From Synechococcus sp. (GTDB lineage Bacteria > Cyanobacteriota > Cyanobacteriia > PCC-6307 > Cyanobiaceae): 64,000 nucleotides of DNA. The position numbers and the translations under genes were made by a program. Numbering within the stretch: position 1 is the stretch's first letter; every line of letters begins with the position of its first letter. The notes under the pieces were generated by a model. That model was not told the origin of the DNA. It was given only the letters and a program-made list of their open reading frames with translations, and made no database searches. The DNA lies in the NCBI GenBank assembly GCA_047285535.1, contig JBJBDC010000001.1:1216136-1280135 (forward strand), given 5' to 3'. This document shows, one piece after another, positions 1 through 11,444 of the stretch.

Positions 1-945
1 AATAAAGGGTGGATAGGTGTCCAGGGCCCTAACCCTTCGAAAATTCACGACTCCAGATTCAGTGGCAAGTTCCCGATATTCAATGTCAATTTCCTCCAGC
101 GTTTCAATGTGCTCACTAACGAAACTAATAGGGACAACAACAAGATCTTGAGTTCCGGCCTGACCTAGCTCTTCCAGGGCTTCCTCGGTGTAGGGCTTCA
201 GCCATTCCACAGGCCCCACTCGACTCTGATAGGCAAGGGTATGCGGATTGGGATGTCCCATAATATTTTCCAATTCGGCCATGATCAGTGCCGTGCAAGC
301 CTCAATTTCCTGCTGATAAGGATCACCTGCCTCTTCGACATAACTTTTTGGTACCCCGTGGGCACTAAAAAAGATGTGTGCATGCTCAACGTCATCACTA
401 TCACGCACCTGCTCAGCAATTAATTCAGCCATTGACCGCACATAGCCTGGGTGGTCATACCAGCTACGAATACAGCGCAAAGGGAGAGCCTCGAAGCGCT
501 CATCCATTTGCCGAAGCCGCTGAAGTTCACGGAAACTCGAACCGCTCGTGCTAATTGAAAAATGGGGATATAGAGGAAGCACAACAACCTCTTCGATGCC
601 ATCCGCCTTGATATCTGACACAGCCGATTCGGTAAACGGATGCCAGTAACGCATGGCCACATAACTTGTGGCGTCAACACCACGCTGGCGCAGAAGGCTC
701 TGAAGGTCTCGAGCCTGTTGTTCCGTGATACGCCGCAAGGGAGAACCGCCCCCGATTGAACGGTAAGCCTCCTGAGACTTCCTGCTGCGCAACGTGCTGA
801 TCAACCAAGCAAGAGGTTTCTGGAATACCGGATTCGGCAGCCGAATGATCTCTGGGTCCGCAAACAGGTTGTATAGAAATGGGCCAACATCCTGGATACG
901 TTCTGGACCACCCAGATTGAGCAGGAGAATGCCAACCCGAGCCAT
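1..945 (-). CDS. hemH: Ferrochelatase (3' end runs off the window)
   Basis: Manual translation from ATG at 945 gives [37 protein letters not shown]...[10 protein letters not shown]...[15 protein letters not shown]...[20 protein letters not shown]. The frame is open to position 1; it is missing from the ORF track because there is no stop in the window. Confidence 0.96.
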   Translation of the reverse strand, partial: MARVGILLLNLGGPERIQDVGPFLYNLFADPEIIRLPNPVFQKPLAWLISTLRSRKSQEAYRSIGGGSPLRRITEQQARDLQSLLRQRGVDATSYVAMRYWHPFTESAVSDIKADGIEEVVVLPLYPHFSISTSGSSFRELQRLRQMDERFEALPLRCIRSWYDHPGYVRSMAELIAEQVRDSDDVEHAHIFFSAHGVPKSYVEEAGDPYQQEIEACTALIMAELENIMGHPNPHTLAYQSRVGPVEWLKPYTEEALEELGQAGTQDLVVVPISFVSEHIETLEEIDIEYRELATESGVVNFRRVRALDTYPPFI

Positions 946-1017
946 GAAAGTTTCTGTGATTTAAGGGGTTGAGCGTAACTCCCATCAACGTCATGGTGAC
1001 GGTGTCTTTACAGGGTC

Positions 1018-2199
1018 ATGAACTTCGACACCGCGCTATCAGCCACAAACGCGGCATTGGCTCAGGAAGGAATCAGACTACGAGTGGAGCGACGAGGGCA
1101 AAAATTAAATCTGCGAGGAAGGCTGCCCTGCCGTCAGCAACCCAACAAATGGAAGACCCAACGCCTGAGTCTTGGTCTCTTGGCCGACACGAATGGCTTG
1201 AAAGAAGCTGAGCGCATTGTGCAACTTGTTGCGCTGCAGCTACACAGAAAGCACTTTGAATGGGATCAATGGTTACCGAAGCAGAAGGTTGGACAACACC
1301 AACAAGAACAGGGCTCAACCACAACGTCTGGACATTCCCTAGATCACAATCTGACAGCGTTTCAAACTGCATTTTTTGAAGACCCACGTCGTCGTCGATC
1401 ACCTGCTGGCAGTCGCAGCACCTGGAGTGGGGCTTATCAGCCTTACCTGAGACGTCTCAAGACATTGGCACAGGAAAACAACTCTCCTTTAAGTCCTGCA
1501 TTGCTACTCCTGACTTTGAACAGCTATCCAGATGGAAGCAGGAGCCGTCAACAATGCTCGACAGCATTAGGAGCTCTGGCACGCCATCAAAATCTGCAAC
1601 TTCCAGATGAGTGGCGTGCGGAAGCTAGTGGGTATGGACTCCATCGAGCTCGTTTTCGACAATTACCAAGCGACTCACTAATCCTGGAGAGCATACTTCG
1701 TATTCCAAATCCCAGCTGGCAACTTGTTTATGGGCTGATGGCCACCTACGGACTGCGCAACCATGAAGTGTTTTTTACGGATGTTTCAGCTCTGGCATCC
1801 AATGGAGACAGAGTCATCCGCGTGCTGCCCACAACAAAAACCGGTGAGCATCAAGTTTGGCCCTTCCATCCGGAATGGGTGGATCATTTCAACTTGACAC
1901 GTCTCGGAGCTAGCGACTCCGTGCTTCCTCCGGTTTGCACCGATCTCCGCCGCACAACACTCCAGCAAGTCGGTAGGCGTGTAGCTGAGCAATTCAGACG
2001 TTATGAATTGCCTCTCACGCCCTATGACCTTCGCCATGCCTGGGCTGTGCGCACCATCCACATAGGACTTCCCGATACCGTAGCCGCCAGGATGATGGGG
2101 CATTCCGTAGCGATTCACACTCGCACCTATCACCACTGGATCACCAGACGAGATCAGCAACAGGCCGTCGATGCGGCACTGGCAAGAGGTAAATCCTGA
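1018..2199 (+). CDS. Tyrosine recombinase / phage integrase family (XisA-like)
   Basis: Motifs TYGLRNHE (catalytic R), YDLRHAWAVR and MMGHSVAIHTRTY (H and Y). Confidence 0.9.
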   Translation: MNFDTALSATNAALAQEGIRLRVERRGQKLNLRGRLPCRQQPNKWKTQRLSLGLLADTNGLKEAERIVQLVALQLHRKHFEWDQWLPKQKVGQHQQEQGSTTTSGHSLDHNLTAFQTAFFEDPRRRRSPAGSRSTWSGAYQPYLRRLKTLAQENNSPLSPALLLLTLNSYPDGSRSRQQCSTALGALARHQNLQLPDEWRAEASGYGLHRARFRQLPSDSLILESILRIPNPSWQLVYGLMATYGLRNHEVFFTDVSALASNGDRVIRVLPTTKTGEHQVWPFHPEWVDHFNLTRLGASDSVLPPVCTDLRRTTLQQVGRRVAEQFRRYELPLTPYDLRHAWAVRTIHIGLPDTVAARMMGHSVAIHTRTYHHWITRRDQQQAVDAALARGKS

Positions 2200-2864
2200 T
2201 GTCTTCTCCGCTTCGCCAACTGGCCTATCGCCATCGCTGGATTTACGACATCGTTACGGGGATCTCTGCTCTGAGTGTGGGGGGGGTCGATCGCCTGCGC
2301 GGGCTCGGTCTTTCTGCACTCGATCCCTTGCTCCCAAGGGGCGGCAACGTTCTCGACTTATGCTGCGGCTCAGGAGAAGCCGCAGAGGCTTGGATCAGGG
2401 CAGGATTTCATGTCACTGGCCTCGATGTATCACCCAAGGTGCTGGAACTAGCCAAGGCGCGTCATCCTTTGATGACCTGCATTGAGGGACTCGCAGAAGC
2501 TCCGCCATGCCCGCCGTCCAGCTTTGATGCCATTCAAATCAGCCTTGCGCTTCATGAATTTCCTCGCACCGAACGGCAGCAGGTCTTGACTGCTTGCTTG
2601 GAATTACTCAGACCCGGCGGCTGGATTGTTGTGGTGGATCTCCACCCTGCAGGACCTCTCTTAAGCCTTCCACAAAAAGTCTTCTGCGCTTTGTTTGAAA
2701 CAGAAACTGCGCTGGCTTTGCTTGAGGACGACTTACCGAAGCAGTTTCATGACATCGGCTTCACAACCATTAAGCAGTCTGTGATGGCAGGAGAAGCTCT
2801 CCAACGAATCACAGCACGCTGCCCCTCAAAAGGCATGCTGGAGCCAACTGTGGAGACGTCATGA
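2199..2864 (+). CDS. Class I SAM-dependent methyltransferase (UbiE/COQ5-like)
   Basis: VLDLCCGSG motif I, GLDVS, and ALHEFP...LLRPGG. Confidence 0.88.
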   Translation: MSSPLRQLAYRHRWIYDIVTGISALSVGGVDRLRGLGLSALDPLLPRGGNVLDLCCGSGEAAEAWIRAGFHVTGLDVSPKVLELAKARHPLMTCIEGLAEAPPCPPSSFDAIQISLALHEFPRTERQQVLTACLELLRPGGWIVVVDLHPAGPLLSLPQKVFCALFETETALALLEDDLPKQFHDIGFTTIKQSVMAGEALQRITARCPSKGMLEPTVETS

Positions 2865-3565
2865 GCTCGGATCAAACTCCGGGGTCCACCTCATCACCGT
2901 TGGACCAATCAGCGTTGGACCAATCAGCCGAATCACTAGGCATGGGAGGGCATTTGGCCCCAGAAAAAGATGCAGATGCCTACCGCAAACGCATGGCACG
3001 ACGTCAAGCGGTGCAACGGAAGAGAGTCTCAGAGAGAAATGCTGAGAAGGGATTGGTCTTGGTGTTCACAGGTCACGGCAAAGGGAAAACAACCGCATCT
3101 CTTGGCTTGGCGTTAAGGACGCTGGGACACGGACACAATGTTGCCATTGTTCAATTCATCAAAGGAGGCTGGGAGCCTGGTGAAGCCAAAGCTCTCAAGA
3201 GCTTTGGGGAAGCACTGAGCTGGCATGCACTCGGAGAAGGTTTTACCTGGGAAACCCAAGACCGTGAAAGAGATCGACAGCTCGTGCAAGCAGCCTGGGA
3301 AACGTCACTCACCTATCTACGCGACGCCAAACAAAAGCTTGTGGTGCTGGATGAAGTCAATGTGGCTTTGAAGCTTGGCTACCTCGACCTTCATCAAGTC
3401 CTTCAAGGTCTCGAGGAGCGGCCCGGGCTTACTCACGTCGCACTAACCGGGAGAGGGGCTCCGGAAGAGCTGATCCAACACGCTGATCTGGTCACAGAGA
3501 TGTCGCTCATCAAGCACCCGTTCCGAGAACAGGGCATCAAGGCCCAGCAGGGGATCGAGTTCTGA
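2861..3565 (+). CDS. cobO: Cob(I)yrinic acid a,c-diamide adenosyltransferase (CobO/BtuR)
   Basis: FTGHGKGKTTASLG, QFIKG, VLDEVN, LTGRGAP and GIEF C-terminus. Confidence 0.95.
   Translation: MSSDQTPGSTSSPLDQSALDQSAESLGMGGHLAPEKDADAYRKRMARRQAVQRKRVSERNAEKGLVLVFTGHGKGKTTASLGLALRTLGHGHNVAIVQFIKGGWEPGEAKALKSFGEALSWHALGEGFTWETQDRERDRQLVQAAWETSLTYLRDAKQKLVVLDEVNVALKLGYLDLHQVLQGLEERPGLTHVALTGRGAPEELIQHADLVTEMSLIKHPFREQGIKAQQGIEF
2898..2928 (+). repeat. 15-bp tandem duplication in the cobO N-terminus
   Basis: cgttggaccaatcag occurs twice in tandem and encodes LDQSA-LDQSA. Confidence 0.85.
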
Positions 3566-3682
3566 TCAATGACCAAGGAGAATGGAATGAATCCTCGCTA
3601 GAAGGCGAAGAGTCAAACTCGCTTCAGAATTCGTCAACTGATTCATTCAGCCTTGCTACTGTCATTCAGATAAGGATGTTGA

Positions 3683-4390
<708 letters not shown>

Positions 4391-4398
4391 TCATCGTC

Positions 4399-4947
4399 AT
4401 GTCTAACTCCGATCTCGAATCCAACATGCGCAAGTCGGTGGAAGCCACCCAGCGCAACTTCAACACAATCCGTACCGGCCGAGCCAATCCCTCCTTATTG
4501 GATCGAGTCAACGTCGAGTACTACGGAGCAGACACCCCGCTGAAGTCCCTCGCCAGCCTTTCCACTCCAGATTCGCAAACCATTGCCGTTCAACCTTTCG
4601 ACATTGGGTCCTTGGCCCTCATCGAGAAAGCAATCGCCACAAGTGACCTGGGCTTCACACCCAACAATGACGGAAAGGTCATTCGCATCAACGTCCCACC
4701 TCTCACCGAAGAACGCCGCAAGGAATTCTGCAAACTCGCCTCAAAGTATTCAGAAGAAGGGAAGGTGGCGTTGCGCAGCGTGCGTCGTGATGCCATCGAC
4801 AAAATCAAAAAACAAGAGAAAGAGGGTGAACTTTCAGAAGATCAAAGCCGAGATGAGCAAAATAAGGTTCAGAAAACAACGGATCGTTTCATCGCAGAAC
4901 TAGATAAACATCTCGCTGACAAAGAAATTGAAATTCTTAAGGTTTGA
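4399..4947 (+). CDS. frr: Ribosome recycling factor
   Basis: [12 protein letters not shown] and [10 protein letters not shown]. Confidence 0.98.
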   Translation: MSNSDLESNMRKSVEATQRNFNTIRTGRANPSLLDRVNVEYYGADTPLKSLASLSTPDSQTIAVQPFDIGSLALIEKAIATSDLGFTPNNDGKVIRINVPPLTEERRKEFCKLASKYSEEGKVALRSVRRDAIDKIKKQEKEGELSEDQSRDEQNKVQKTTDRFIAELDKHLADKEIEILKV

Positions 4948-6074
4948 GCTCAACTGACGTTGCGGTTATTGGAGCCGGTGCAGCTGGCTCCAGCACAGCA
5001 TTCCATTTAGCCCGCTTAGGACATCGCGTCACCGTCCTTGAGCGCGATTTATGTACAAGAGTTAAACCCTGCGGTGGTGGCATGGCAGCCTCCGTTCAGC
5101 AGTGGTTCCCGTTTGATCTACAACCTGCTGTTGATGACGTCATCAACCAGGTTGATTTCAGCTGGTGCCTCACGGACCCAGTGGTGGCCCAGCTGCCAGG
5201 CTCTGCACCCTTCTGGATCGTCAAGCGAGAACGGCTTGATGCTCTCTTGCTTGAGCAAGCCATCGCATCAGGGGCAGAACTGCGTCGCCCCTTTGAGGTC
5301 GATGGTCTTCAAATGGATGGACAGCATTGGCTCCTACACAGCAAGGATGGTGAGGTCATCCAAGCCAAGGCCGTAGTTCTGGCTGACGGCTCAAATTCTC
5401 CTTGGCCCAGCCGCTTGGGGATCGGCCCCCGAAATCTCCATATGGCTACGACTCTTTCGGTTCGTCTCGAGGGTATGGGAACACTGAAACCCGGCACAGC
5501 CCGATTTGAATTTGGGCTCGTCCACCATGGTTTCGCCTGGGCGTTCCCACTTGCGAGTGGCATCAATGTGGGAGTGGGTACCTTTATTGGCCGTAGTGCC
5601 AGTGATGCGGAAGCCGTTCTCGAAGAACTTTTACCAGATCTTGGATTTTCCGCCAATGACGGACTTCGACAGAACGCGGAATTAAGAGTTTGGAACGGTC
5701 ATACACCCCTTCATGGGAAGGGAATCGTGGCGGTAGGAGATGCCGCATCATTATGCGACCCCTTTCTCGCCGAAGGCCTTAGACCTGCCCTGATGAGCGG
5801 CTGCGAAGCCGCAGCCAGTCTCGATTTATGGCTGCAAGGCAACCAGCCTGACCTCTCTGGTTACTCAAGCCGCATGCGTGAACGCTGGGGGGATTCCATG
5901 GCATGGGGGCGTCGGATTGCCCAAGTGTTTTATCGCTTCCCGAAAGTGGGCTATCAACTCGGAATCAAGCGCCCAACTGCACCCAAACGCATTGCCCAGA
6001 TCCTCTCAGGCGAGATGGGATACGGCGACATCGCTCAAAGGGTCATCCGCCGCTTAATGCTGCAAAGAAGTTAG
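4944..6074 (+). CDS. Geranylgeranyl reductase family FAD-dependent oxidoreductase
   Basis: VIGAGAAG Rossmann motif, KPCGGG, ADGSNS and [15 protein letters not shown]. Confidence 0.88.
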   Translation: MSSTDVAVIGAGAAGSSTAFHLARLGHRVTVLERDLCTRVKPCGGGMAASVQQWFPFDLQPAVDDVINQVDFSWCLTDPVVAQLPGSAPFWIVKRERLDALLLEQAIASGAELRRPFEVDGLQMDGQHWLLHSKDGEVIQAKAVVLADGSNSPWPSRLGIGPRNLHMATTLSVRLEGMGTLKPGTARFEFGLVHHGFAWAFPLASGINVGVGTFIGRSASDAEAVLEELLPDLGFSANDGLRQNAELRVWNGHTPLHGKGIVAVGDAASLCDPFLAEGLRPALMSGCEAAASLDLWLQGNQPDLSGYSSRMRERWGDSMAWGRRIAQVFYRFPKVGYQLGIKRPTAPKRIAQILSGEMGYGDIAQRVIRRLMLQRS

Positions 6075-7594
6075 AGATCAAGCATCAGCTGTTCAGCATC
6101 CCTAACTGCATAATCTCTTCGTCGCCGACTGCGACGCGGGCCGGTAGGAAACAATCCTGAACGTTTTGAACCATGACGCATCTGGATGCCATCGGCAATC
6201 TCTGAAAACTCAGCTCGTTTTCTGATCGCCCAAATCCTCTGTTTTGCCTGCCGAGCAGCAACTGCAGGTTCGACAATCGGCATGGGATAGTCAACTCCCA
6301 GCCTGAGGCCTACCTTTCGTTGGGCAGCCATCGATAGCTTCCATGGCTCATGCACATAAACATCCGGTACCCAATGGAGTTCTGGTAGCCATTTACGAAT
6401 GAACTCACCCTTTAGATCATGATCTTGACCTTGCTTAATCGGGTTGTAGATCCGCACGGTATTAATGGCTGTGCTGCCTGATTGCATCTGACACTGACTC
6501 CAGTGGATCCCTGGCTCGTAGTCGACGAACTGTCGAGCCAGATGGAGGCCGCTCTCTCTCCATGGCAACCAGAGGTGATAACTAGCGAAAGACATAAGCA
6601 TGGCTCGCATCCTGAAGTTGATCCAGCCATGAGACTGAAGTGCCCGCATACAGGCATCCACAAAAGGGACTCCAGTACGACCCTCCGCCCATGCTGCGAG
6701 CCGATCATCATCAGAACTCCGCAGCTCACGCATCAATGGATGAAAGTCATCGAATTCAATCGATGGCTGAGTTTCCAACTTTTGAATGAAATGGCAATGC
6801 CAATGCAGACGATTCTCAAAGGCACGGATGCCTCGTCCATGCTCTTGACGACTGCTCTGAATCACTTCACGCAGAGAAAGGCATCCCCAGCTGAGATAAG
6901 CAGAAAGACGAGAACACCCCTCAAAGGCAGTGAGTGGACTGGAAAGACTCCCTACGTAACCCTGCGCCCTTTCAATCAGAAACGACTCCAGTTGCTGCAA
7001 TCCTTCCCTGCGACCGCCAAATTGACGGTTGGGACAACAGTCACTCACTAGATCCTCTGCGGGCTTATCAGGTAAAGGACCAGGGGCCAGTCCTGCAATC
7101 GCTGGCAATCCATCAGGGACTGACGTCAAAGGCTCCGCCATCCGTGCCTCCCATCGTTGAGCCCAGCCTTGTCGCTGTCGAAGACCGCGGATGACCCCGA
7201 ACTGGGGAATTTGCGTCCAAGGAATTCCCTGAGTCTTGGCCCAGCTCGCTACGCGTCGATCGCGGGAAAACGTCCAATTATTTCCAGTCTCTTGATGGCT
7301 CCACAACCCTTCAATTTTGAATCTTCGATGGGCTTGCTCAAGCAAAGCAACAGCATCACCACTGCGCACTACTAAAGGTTGGCCTAATTCTGCAAGCTGT
7401 TCACGAAGCTCCTCAAGACTCTCCCGGCAGAAGGCCCACTGGCGTAACGAAAAATCCGGCTGCCGCCACAATTCAGGCTCCACGATATAAAGAGGAAGCA
7501 CAGGACCTCTCAGCAATGCCTGCCGAAGTGGCTGATGGTCCTGGATCCGAAGGTCTCGCTTGAACCAGACAAGCTGGAGAGCCATCGAAGACAA
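6071..7594 (-). CDS. DNA photolyase/cryptochrome family protein
   Basis: WFKRDLRIQDH, SRLSAYLSWG, GRTGVPFVDACMR, GWINFRMRAM and RIYNPIKQ. Confidence 0.92.
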   Translation of the reverse strand: MSSMALQLVWFKRDLRIQDHQPLRQALLRGPVLPLYIVEPELWRQPDFSLRQWAFCRESLEELREQLAELGQPLVVRSGDAVALLEQAHRRFKIEGLWSHQETGNNWTFSRDRRVASWAKTQGIPWTQIPQFGVIRGLRQRQGWAQRWEARMAEPLTSVPDGLPAIAGLAPGPLPDKPAEDLVSDCCPNRQFGGRREGLQQLESFLIERAQGYVGSLSSPLTAFEGCSRLSAYLSWGCLSLREVIQSSRQEHGRGIRAFENRLHWHCHFIQKLETQPSIEFDDFHPLMRELRSSDDDRLAAWAEGRTGVPFVDACMRALQSHGWINFRMRAMLMSFASYHLWLPWRESGLHLARQFVDYEPGIHWSQCQMQSGSTAINTVRIYNPIKQGQDHDLKGEFIRKWLPELHWVPDVYVHEPWKLSMAAQRKVGLRLGVDYPMPIVEPAVAARQAKQRIWAIRKRAEFSEIADGIQMRHGSKRSGLFPTGPRRSRRRRDYAVRDAEQLMLDL

Positions 7595-7858
7595 TCCTTA
7601 CGAAATGCGCAAGATCACCTTAACGATTGATCACTGATATCGAAGCAGCAGATAATAATGAAAAGAGACCTACTCTCAAACCACTTTTGAATTACATGTA
7701 GACCTCCAAAAACCATCAAGAACAGACAAAAATAAATAAGGAAAAGAAGACCTTTACCCAACACTCGCCAAGCATGTATGCAAACTAAAAGACATTATTG
7801 AACAGGCTCAATACAATCGAGGAACGGACCATGCCTCGGCCAATTAAGCGCTTAAGAA

Positions 7859-9031
7859 TTAGACAGAGGTCAGAGCCAGAGCACCGCCGAAACCAGAACG
7901 CACATCATCTGGAGTCAATCGACCATCATGATCTTTATCAAGGGCATCAAATACCGCATCGCTCCCCAGCCATTCATCGCGAGTAATACAGCCATCACCG
8001 TTGAAATCATTCAATAAGAAAATCTCCTGAACAGCGTGACTGAAGGCAGAACCACCCTCAATCACCGCAAGACGATGGGCGAGCTGCTGTTCAAGGGTTT
8101 CGATAGCTTTACTGAAGCCCTTGATGCCTTCACTGAGTTTATCAGTAGCCATACGATCATTACTCATCATTGAATCGAAAAGCTCTTGATCGACATGAAT
8201 TTGCTCTGAAACTGCAGATGGATTTGCAGAATCTAGCTTGCGAATCAACTGTTCATTGCTGTTGCGCAATTGGTCAAGCAACTTCGGGGAAATGGTAAGA
8301 AGATCACAACCAGCCAGCTCGGTAATTTCATCGATATTACGGAAACTAGCTCCCATAATTTCAGTTTTGTAGCCATATGTTTTGAAATAATTGAAGATAC
8401 TTGTCACTGAAATAACACCCGGATCCTCTGGTCCAGGATAGGAGTCACGACCTGTATCAGCCTTGTACCAATCAAGGATGCGGCCGACGAATGGTGAGAT
8501 CAACGTAACATTCGCCTCGGCGCAGGCTACGGCCTGTGAGAAGCCAAACAAAAGGGTGAGATTGCAATGAATTCCTTCTTTCTCAAGAATTTCAGCTGCT
8601 TTAATTCCTTGCCATGTCGATGCAATTTTGATCAAAACCCGATCATTACTAATTCCGGAGTCGTTATAAAGGCGAATAAGCTTGCGACCTTTTGCAATCG
8701 TCGCTTCAGTGTCATAACTCAGTCGTGCATCAACCTCAGTTGAAACGCGACCAGGAACAATCTTGAGAATTTCCTTGCCGAAGATGACGCTGATCTCATC
8801 CAGCGCTTCATGCACGACTTGCTCGACAGGAGCGCTCTCCCCTAAAAGCTTACGAGAGGAGCGTAAGGCTTGATCGATGAGATTTTCATAGGCAGGAATC
8901 TGAGCTGCAGCAAGGATCAAAGATGGGTTGGTTGTCGCATCGCGAGGCGTAAAACGCCTAATTGCCTCGAGATCACCCGTGTCTGCCACCACGACTGTCA
9001 TGGCGGCAAGCTGCTCAAGGAGGGTGGCCAT
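7859..9031 (-). CDS. tal: Transaldolase with C-terminal EF-hand pair
   Basis: [29 protein letters not shown] and ISPFVGRI; C-terminal [12 protein letters not shown] and [12 protein letters not shown]. Confidence 0.96.
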   Translation of the reverse strand: MATLLEQLAAMTVVVADTGDLEAIRRFTPRDATTNPSLILAAAQIPAYENLIDQALRSSRKLLGESAPVEQVVHEALDEISVIFGKEILKIVPGRVSTEVDARLSYDTEATIAKGRKLIRLYNDSGISNDRVLIKIASTWQGIKAAEILEKEGIHCNLTLLFGFSQAVACAEANVTLISPFVGRILDWYKADTGRDSYPGPEDPGVISVTSIFNYFKTYGYKTEIMGASFRNIDEITELAGCDLLTISPKLLDQLRNSNEQLIRKLDSANPSAVSEQIHVDQELFDSMMSNDRMATDKLSEGIKGFSKAIETLEQQLAHRLAVIEGGSAFSHAVQEIFLLNDFNGDGCITRDEWLGSDAVFDALDKDHDGRLTPDDVRSGFGGALALTSV

Positions 9032-9085
9032 ATCGCAATTAAAAATCTATCAATTCAACCTAGCGACGTTTGGCAGTCTGACAGC

Positions 9086-10897
9086 TCAAGGAGAGGATTT
9101 ATCTGCTTGTACAGATGCAACTTGGCCACTAGGAGGGATTTTCTCAATCACGAGGAGACCATCAATAATGGATTTAGCCACAGGCAATGCCACCGTTGAG
9201 CCATAGGCATGAGCACCTTGTGGTTCATCCACAACAACCAGCACGACATAGCGTGGATTCTCAATCGGAAGCGTTGCGACAAAACTGCAAATCAAGGCCC
9301 CGGGGACATAAATACCATTCACTGCCTTTTGGGCTGTTCCTGTTTTACCCCCAATGCGATATCCAGGGGTACGAACCCCTTTACCACTTCCTTTTTCTAC
9401 AACAGATTCCATCCAGCTCAGCACGATGCGAGTCACCTCGGGGCGAAGCAATGGCTGCCCAGTGCGTTCGACTCTGGAAGCCAACCCATGACCAGCTCGC
9501 AAACCACGGGTGATATGAGGACTGACCAGCTTCCCACCATTGGCGATCATGGCATGAAGCTGGAGAAGCTTTAGAGGCGTCAACGAGAAGCCTTGACCAA
9601 ACGATGCGGTAGCTGGCTCAATCGGCTGAGACGTGAATTGTTCCTTGGTCTTCAACTGTCCCGCTACAGCACCGGGGAGATCGGTATCAGGCTTGGCATC
9701 AAGGCCAAGTCGGCTCAACCAGTCCCAATAATTGGAAGGACGCATTCGGCGCATTGCCTGAACCATGCCGACATTGCTCGAGACTTGGAGCACGGTTGCG
9801 AAATCAACCACTCCATTCCCTTTACGGTCATGGTTCCTAATCGGCCAACCACCAATCGTGAGAGCCCCGCTGTCGTAAACCGTATCTTGGGCATTAATGG
9901 CTCCTTCCTGAAGCGCTAATGCCAGGTTGATCGGCTTGAAGGTCGATCCAGGTTCATATAGGTCTTGAACAGACCATTCCCGAAAACGGTCTGGCTTGAA
10001 TTCCCAATAGCGATTGGCGTCATAGGTCGGAGTTGAAGCCAGCGCCATCAATTCGCCATTGGTGACATCCATAACAATGGCCACACCTTTTTTCGCTTTC
10101 CACTTCTTGACCTGTGCTGTTAACGCCTTGGCAGCCAGCTCCTGCAAGCGGGCATCCAGAGTGAGCTGCAATCTGAGATCATCTCCAAAAAAAACACCTG
10201 GAGCCAGATTGTCCGGCAGCGGCGTTCCATCCGCTCCGCGACGAAGGCTGCGAGCCTGTTCATGACGCTGAAGGTCAACATCACGACTCTGCTCGAGCCC
10301 GGCCTGTGGCTCTCTCTCTTGATTGAGGAAACCCACAACATTCGCAAACAGAGAGCCTTGCGGATATACCCGATAGGAGTAGGGCTCAAGGTCGATGCCA
10401 CTGATCCCTAAGGAACGGACGCTCGTGGCAGTTTCGGGGTCAATCCCCTCAGCCAACTTGATACCAGACGAGCTATCTCCCATCAGTTTGATGAGTTCTC
10501 CAGGCGAAAAGGACAACACCTGAGATAGACGCTCAGCGACCTCGGTGCTGTCACGAATCCGAGTCGGATCGTCTCCAGGAAAGTTGAAATAGCGGGGATG
10601 AGCCCAGAGTCGATATCGCTCTTCATCTAAAGCAACAAGCCTGCCGTTGCGATCAACAATCGGACGTCGACTACCGAGAGGCTTCGTGCGCTGAGTTTGG
10701 ACAACGCGCGCCCGCGCTTCCAATGTGGAAGCTTCGAATATCTGAAGCCAGGCCATACGCCCGATCAATCCGATCAATCCTGCACAAAGCAGGACAAACA
10801 CCCCTCGCATGCGACCGGCAGGCACAGTTTCAAGTCGAATGACCCTTCTTCGTTCACGACGAGCCGTGGAAGAAGTGCCTTGCCGGGTGGCTGGCAT
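9086..10897 (-). CDS. ftsI: Class B penicillin-binding protein (FtsI/PBP3)
   Basis: N-terminal TM helix, EPGSTFKP (SxxK), SSNVG (SxN) and GKTGTAQ (KTG). Confidence 0.92.
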   Translation of the reverse strand: MPATRQGTSSTARRERRRVIRLETVPAGRMRGVFVLLCAGLIGLIGRMAWLQIFEASTLEARARVVQTQRTKPLGSRRPIVDRNGRLVALDEERYRLWAHPRYFNFPGDDPTRIRDSTEVAERLSQVLSFSPGELIKLMGDSSSGIKLAEGIDPETATSVRSLGISGIDLEPYSYRVYPQGSLFANVVGFLNQEREPQAGLEQSRDVDLQRHEQARSLRRGADGTPLPDNLAPGVFFGDDLRLQLTLDARLQELAAKALTAQVKKWKAKKGVAIVMDVTNGELMALASTPTYDANRYWEFKPDRFREWSVQDLYEPGSTFKPINLALALQEGAINAQDTVYDSGALTIGGWPIRNHDRKGNGVVDFATVLQVSSNVGMVQAMRRMRPSNYWDWLSRLGLDAKPDTDLPGAVAGQLKTKEQFTSQPIEPATASFGQGFSLTPLKLLQLHAMIANGGKLVSPHITRGLRAGHGLASRVERTGQPLLRPEVTRIVLSWMESVVEKGSGKGVRTPGYRIGGKTGTAQKAVNGIYVPGALICSFVATLPIENPRYVVLVVVDEPQGAHAYGSTVALPVAKSIIDGLLVIEKIPPSGQVASVQADKSSP

Positions 10898-10901
10898 CGC
10901 T

Positions 10902-11375
10902 TTAATACCCTTGTCGGATCGAACGATCCAACAAAGAGCCTATGAAAGCGAGATGATCGGGAGATCCTTCAATTTTTTCGACGCCGGGGCGATCCATATA
11001 CAACAGTTTTGAAGCAGTCGTAGGAACCATGGATTTAGGAGTATGCGTTCGATCGAGGAGATAGCGTTCCAGCATGGCTGTGGACTCAGTGAGGCGGTGG
11101 CCGATAGCACGAGTATCCTCCAATCGCTGAAAGGCGACAGTCCAGCGGTATTGCCAGTGCAGGGTTAAGCCACTGAGGGCTAAAACAGCTGTAAAAACAC
11201 CAATTAAACTTCCATCCGCCACTCGATGTAGGCCAGCCAAAAGAGGAGACCGGCGTGCAACACGCTTCGCTGAAAGGGAGCCCTGAATGAGCTCCAGGGC
11301 ACCAGTGGCTGATGCGTGTTCCTGAAGTGCTGGTTGAGACTGGGGAACCGCGACCACGTCTAACGAATAAGGCAA
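10902..11375 (-). CDS. Single-TM membrane protein directly upstream of ftsI (possibly FtsL-like)
   Basis: One hydrophobic helix (LIGVFTAVLALSGLTL) followed by a helical segment; ends 4 bp before the ftsI start. Confidence 0.7.
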   Translation of the reverse strand: MPYSLDVVAVPQSQPALQEHASATGALELIQGSLSAKRVARRSPLLAGLHRVADGSLIGVFTAVLALSGLTLHWQYRWTVAFQRLEDTRAIGHRLTESTAMLERYLLDRTHTPKSMVPTTASKLLYMDRPGVEKIEGSPDHLAFIGSLLDRSIRQGY

Positions 11376-11444
11376 TGCGCCAGTGAACCATCCGCATGGT
11401 CAGCCCGCAAGGCCAACATCTCTGACGCCATCTGGAAAATCAAC

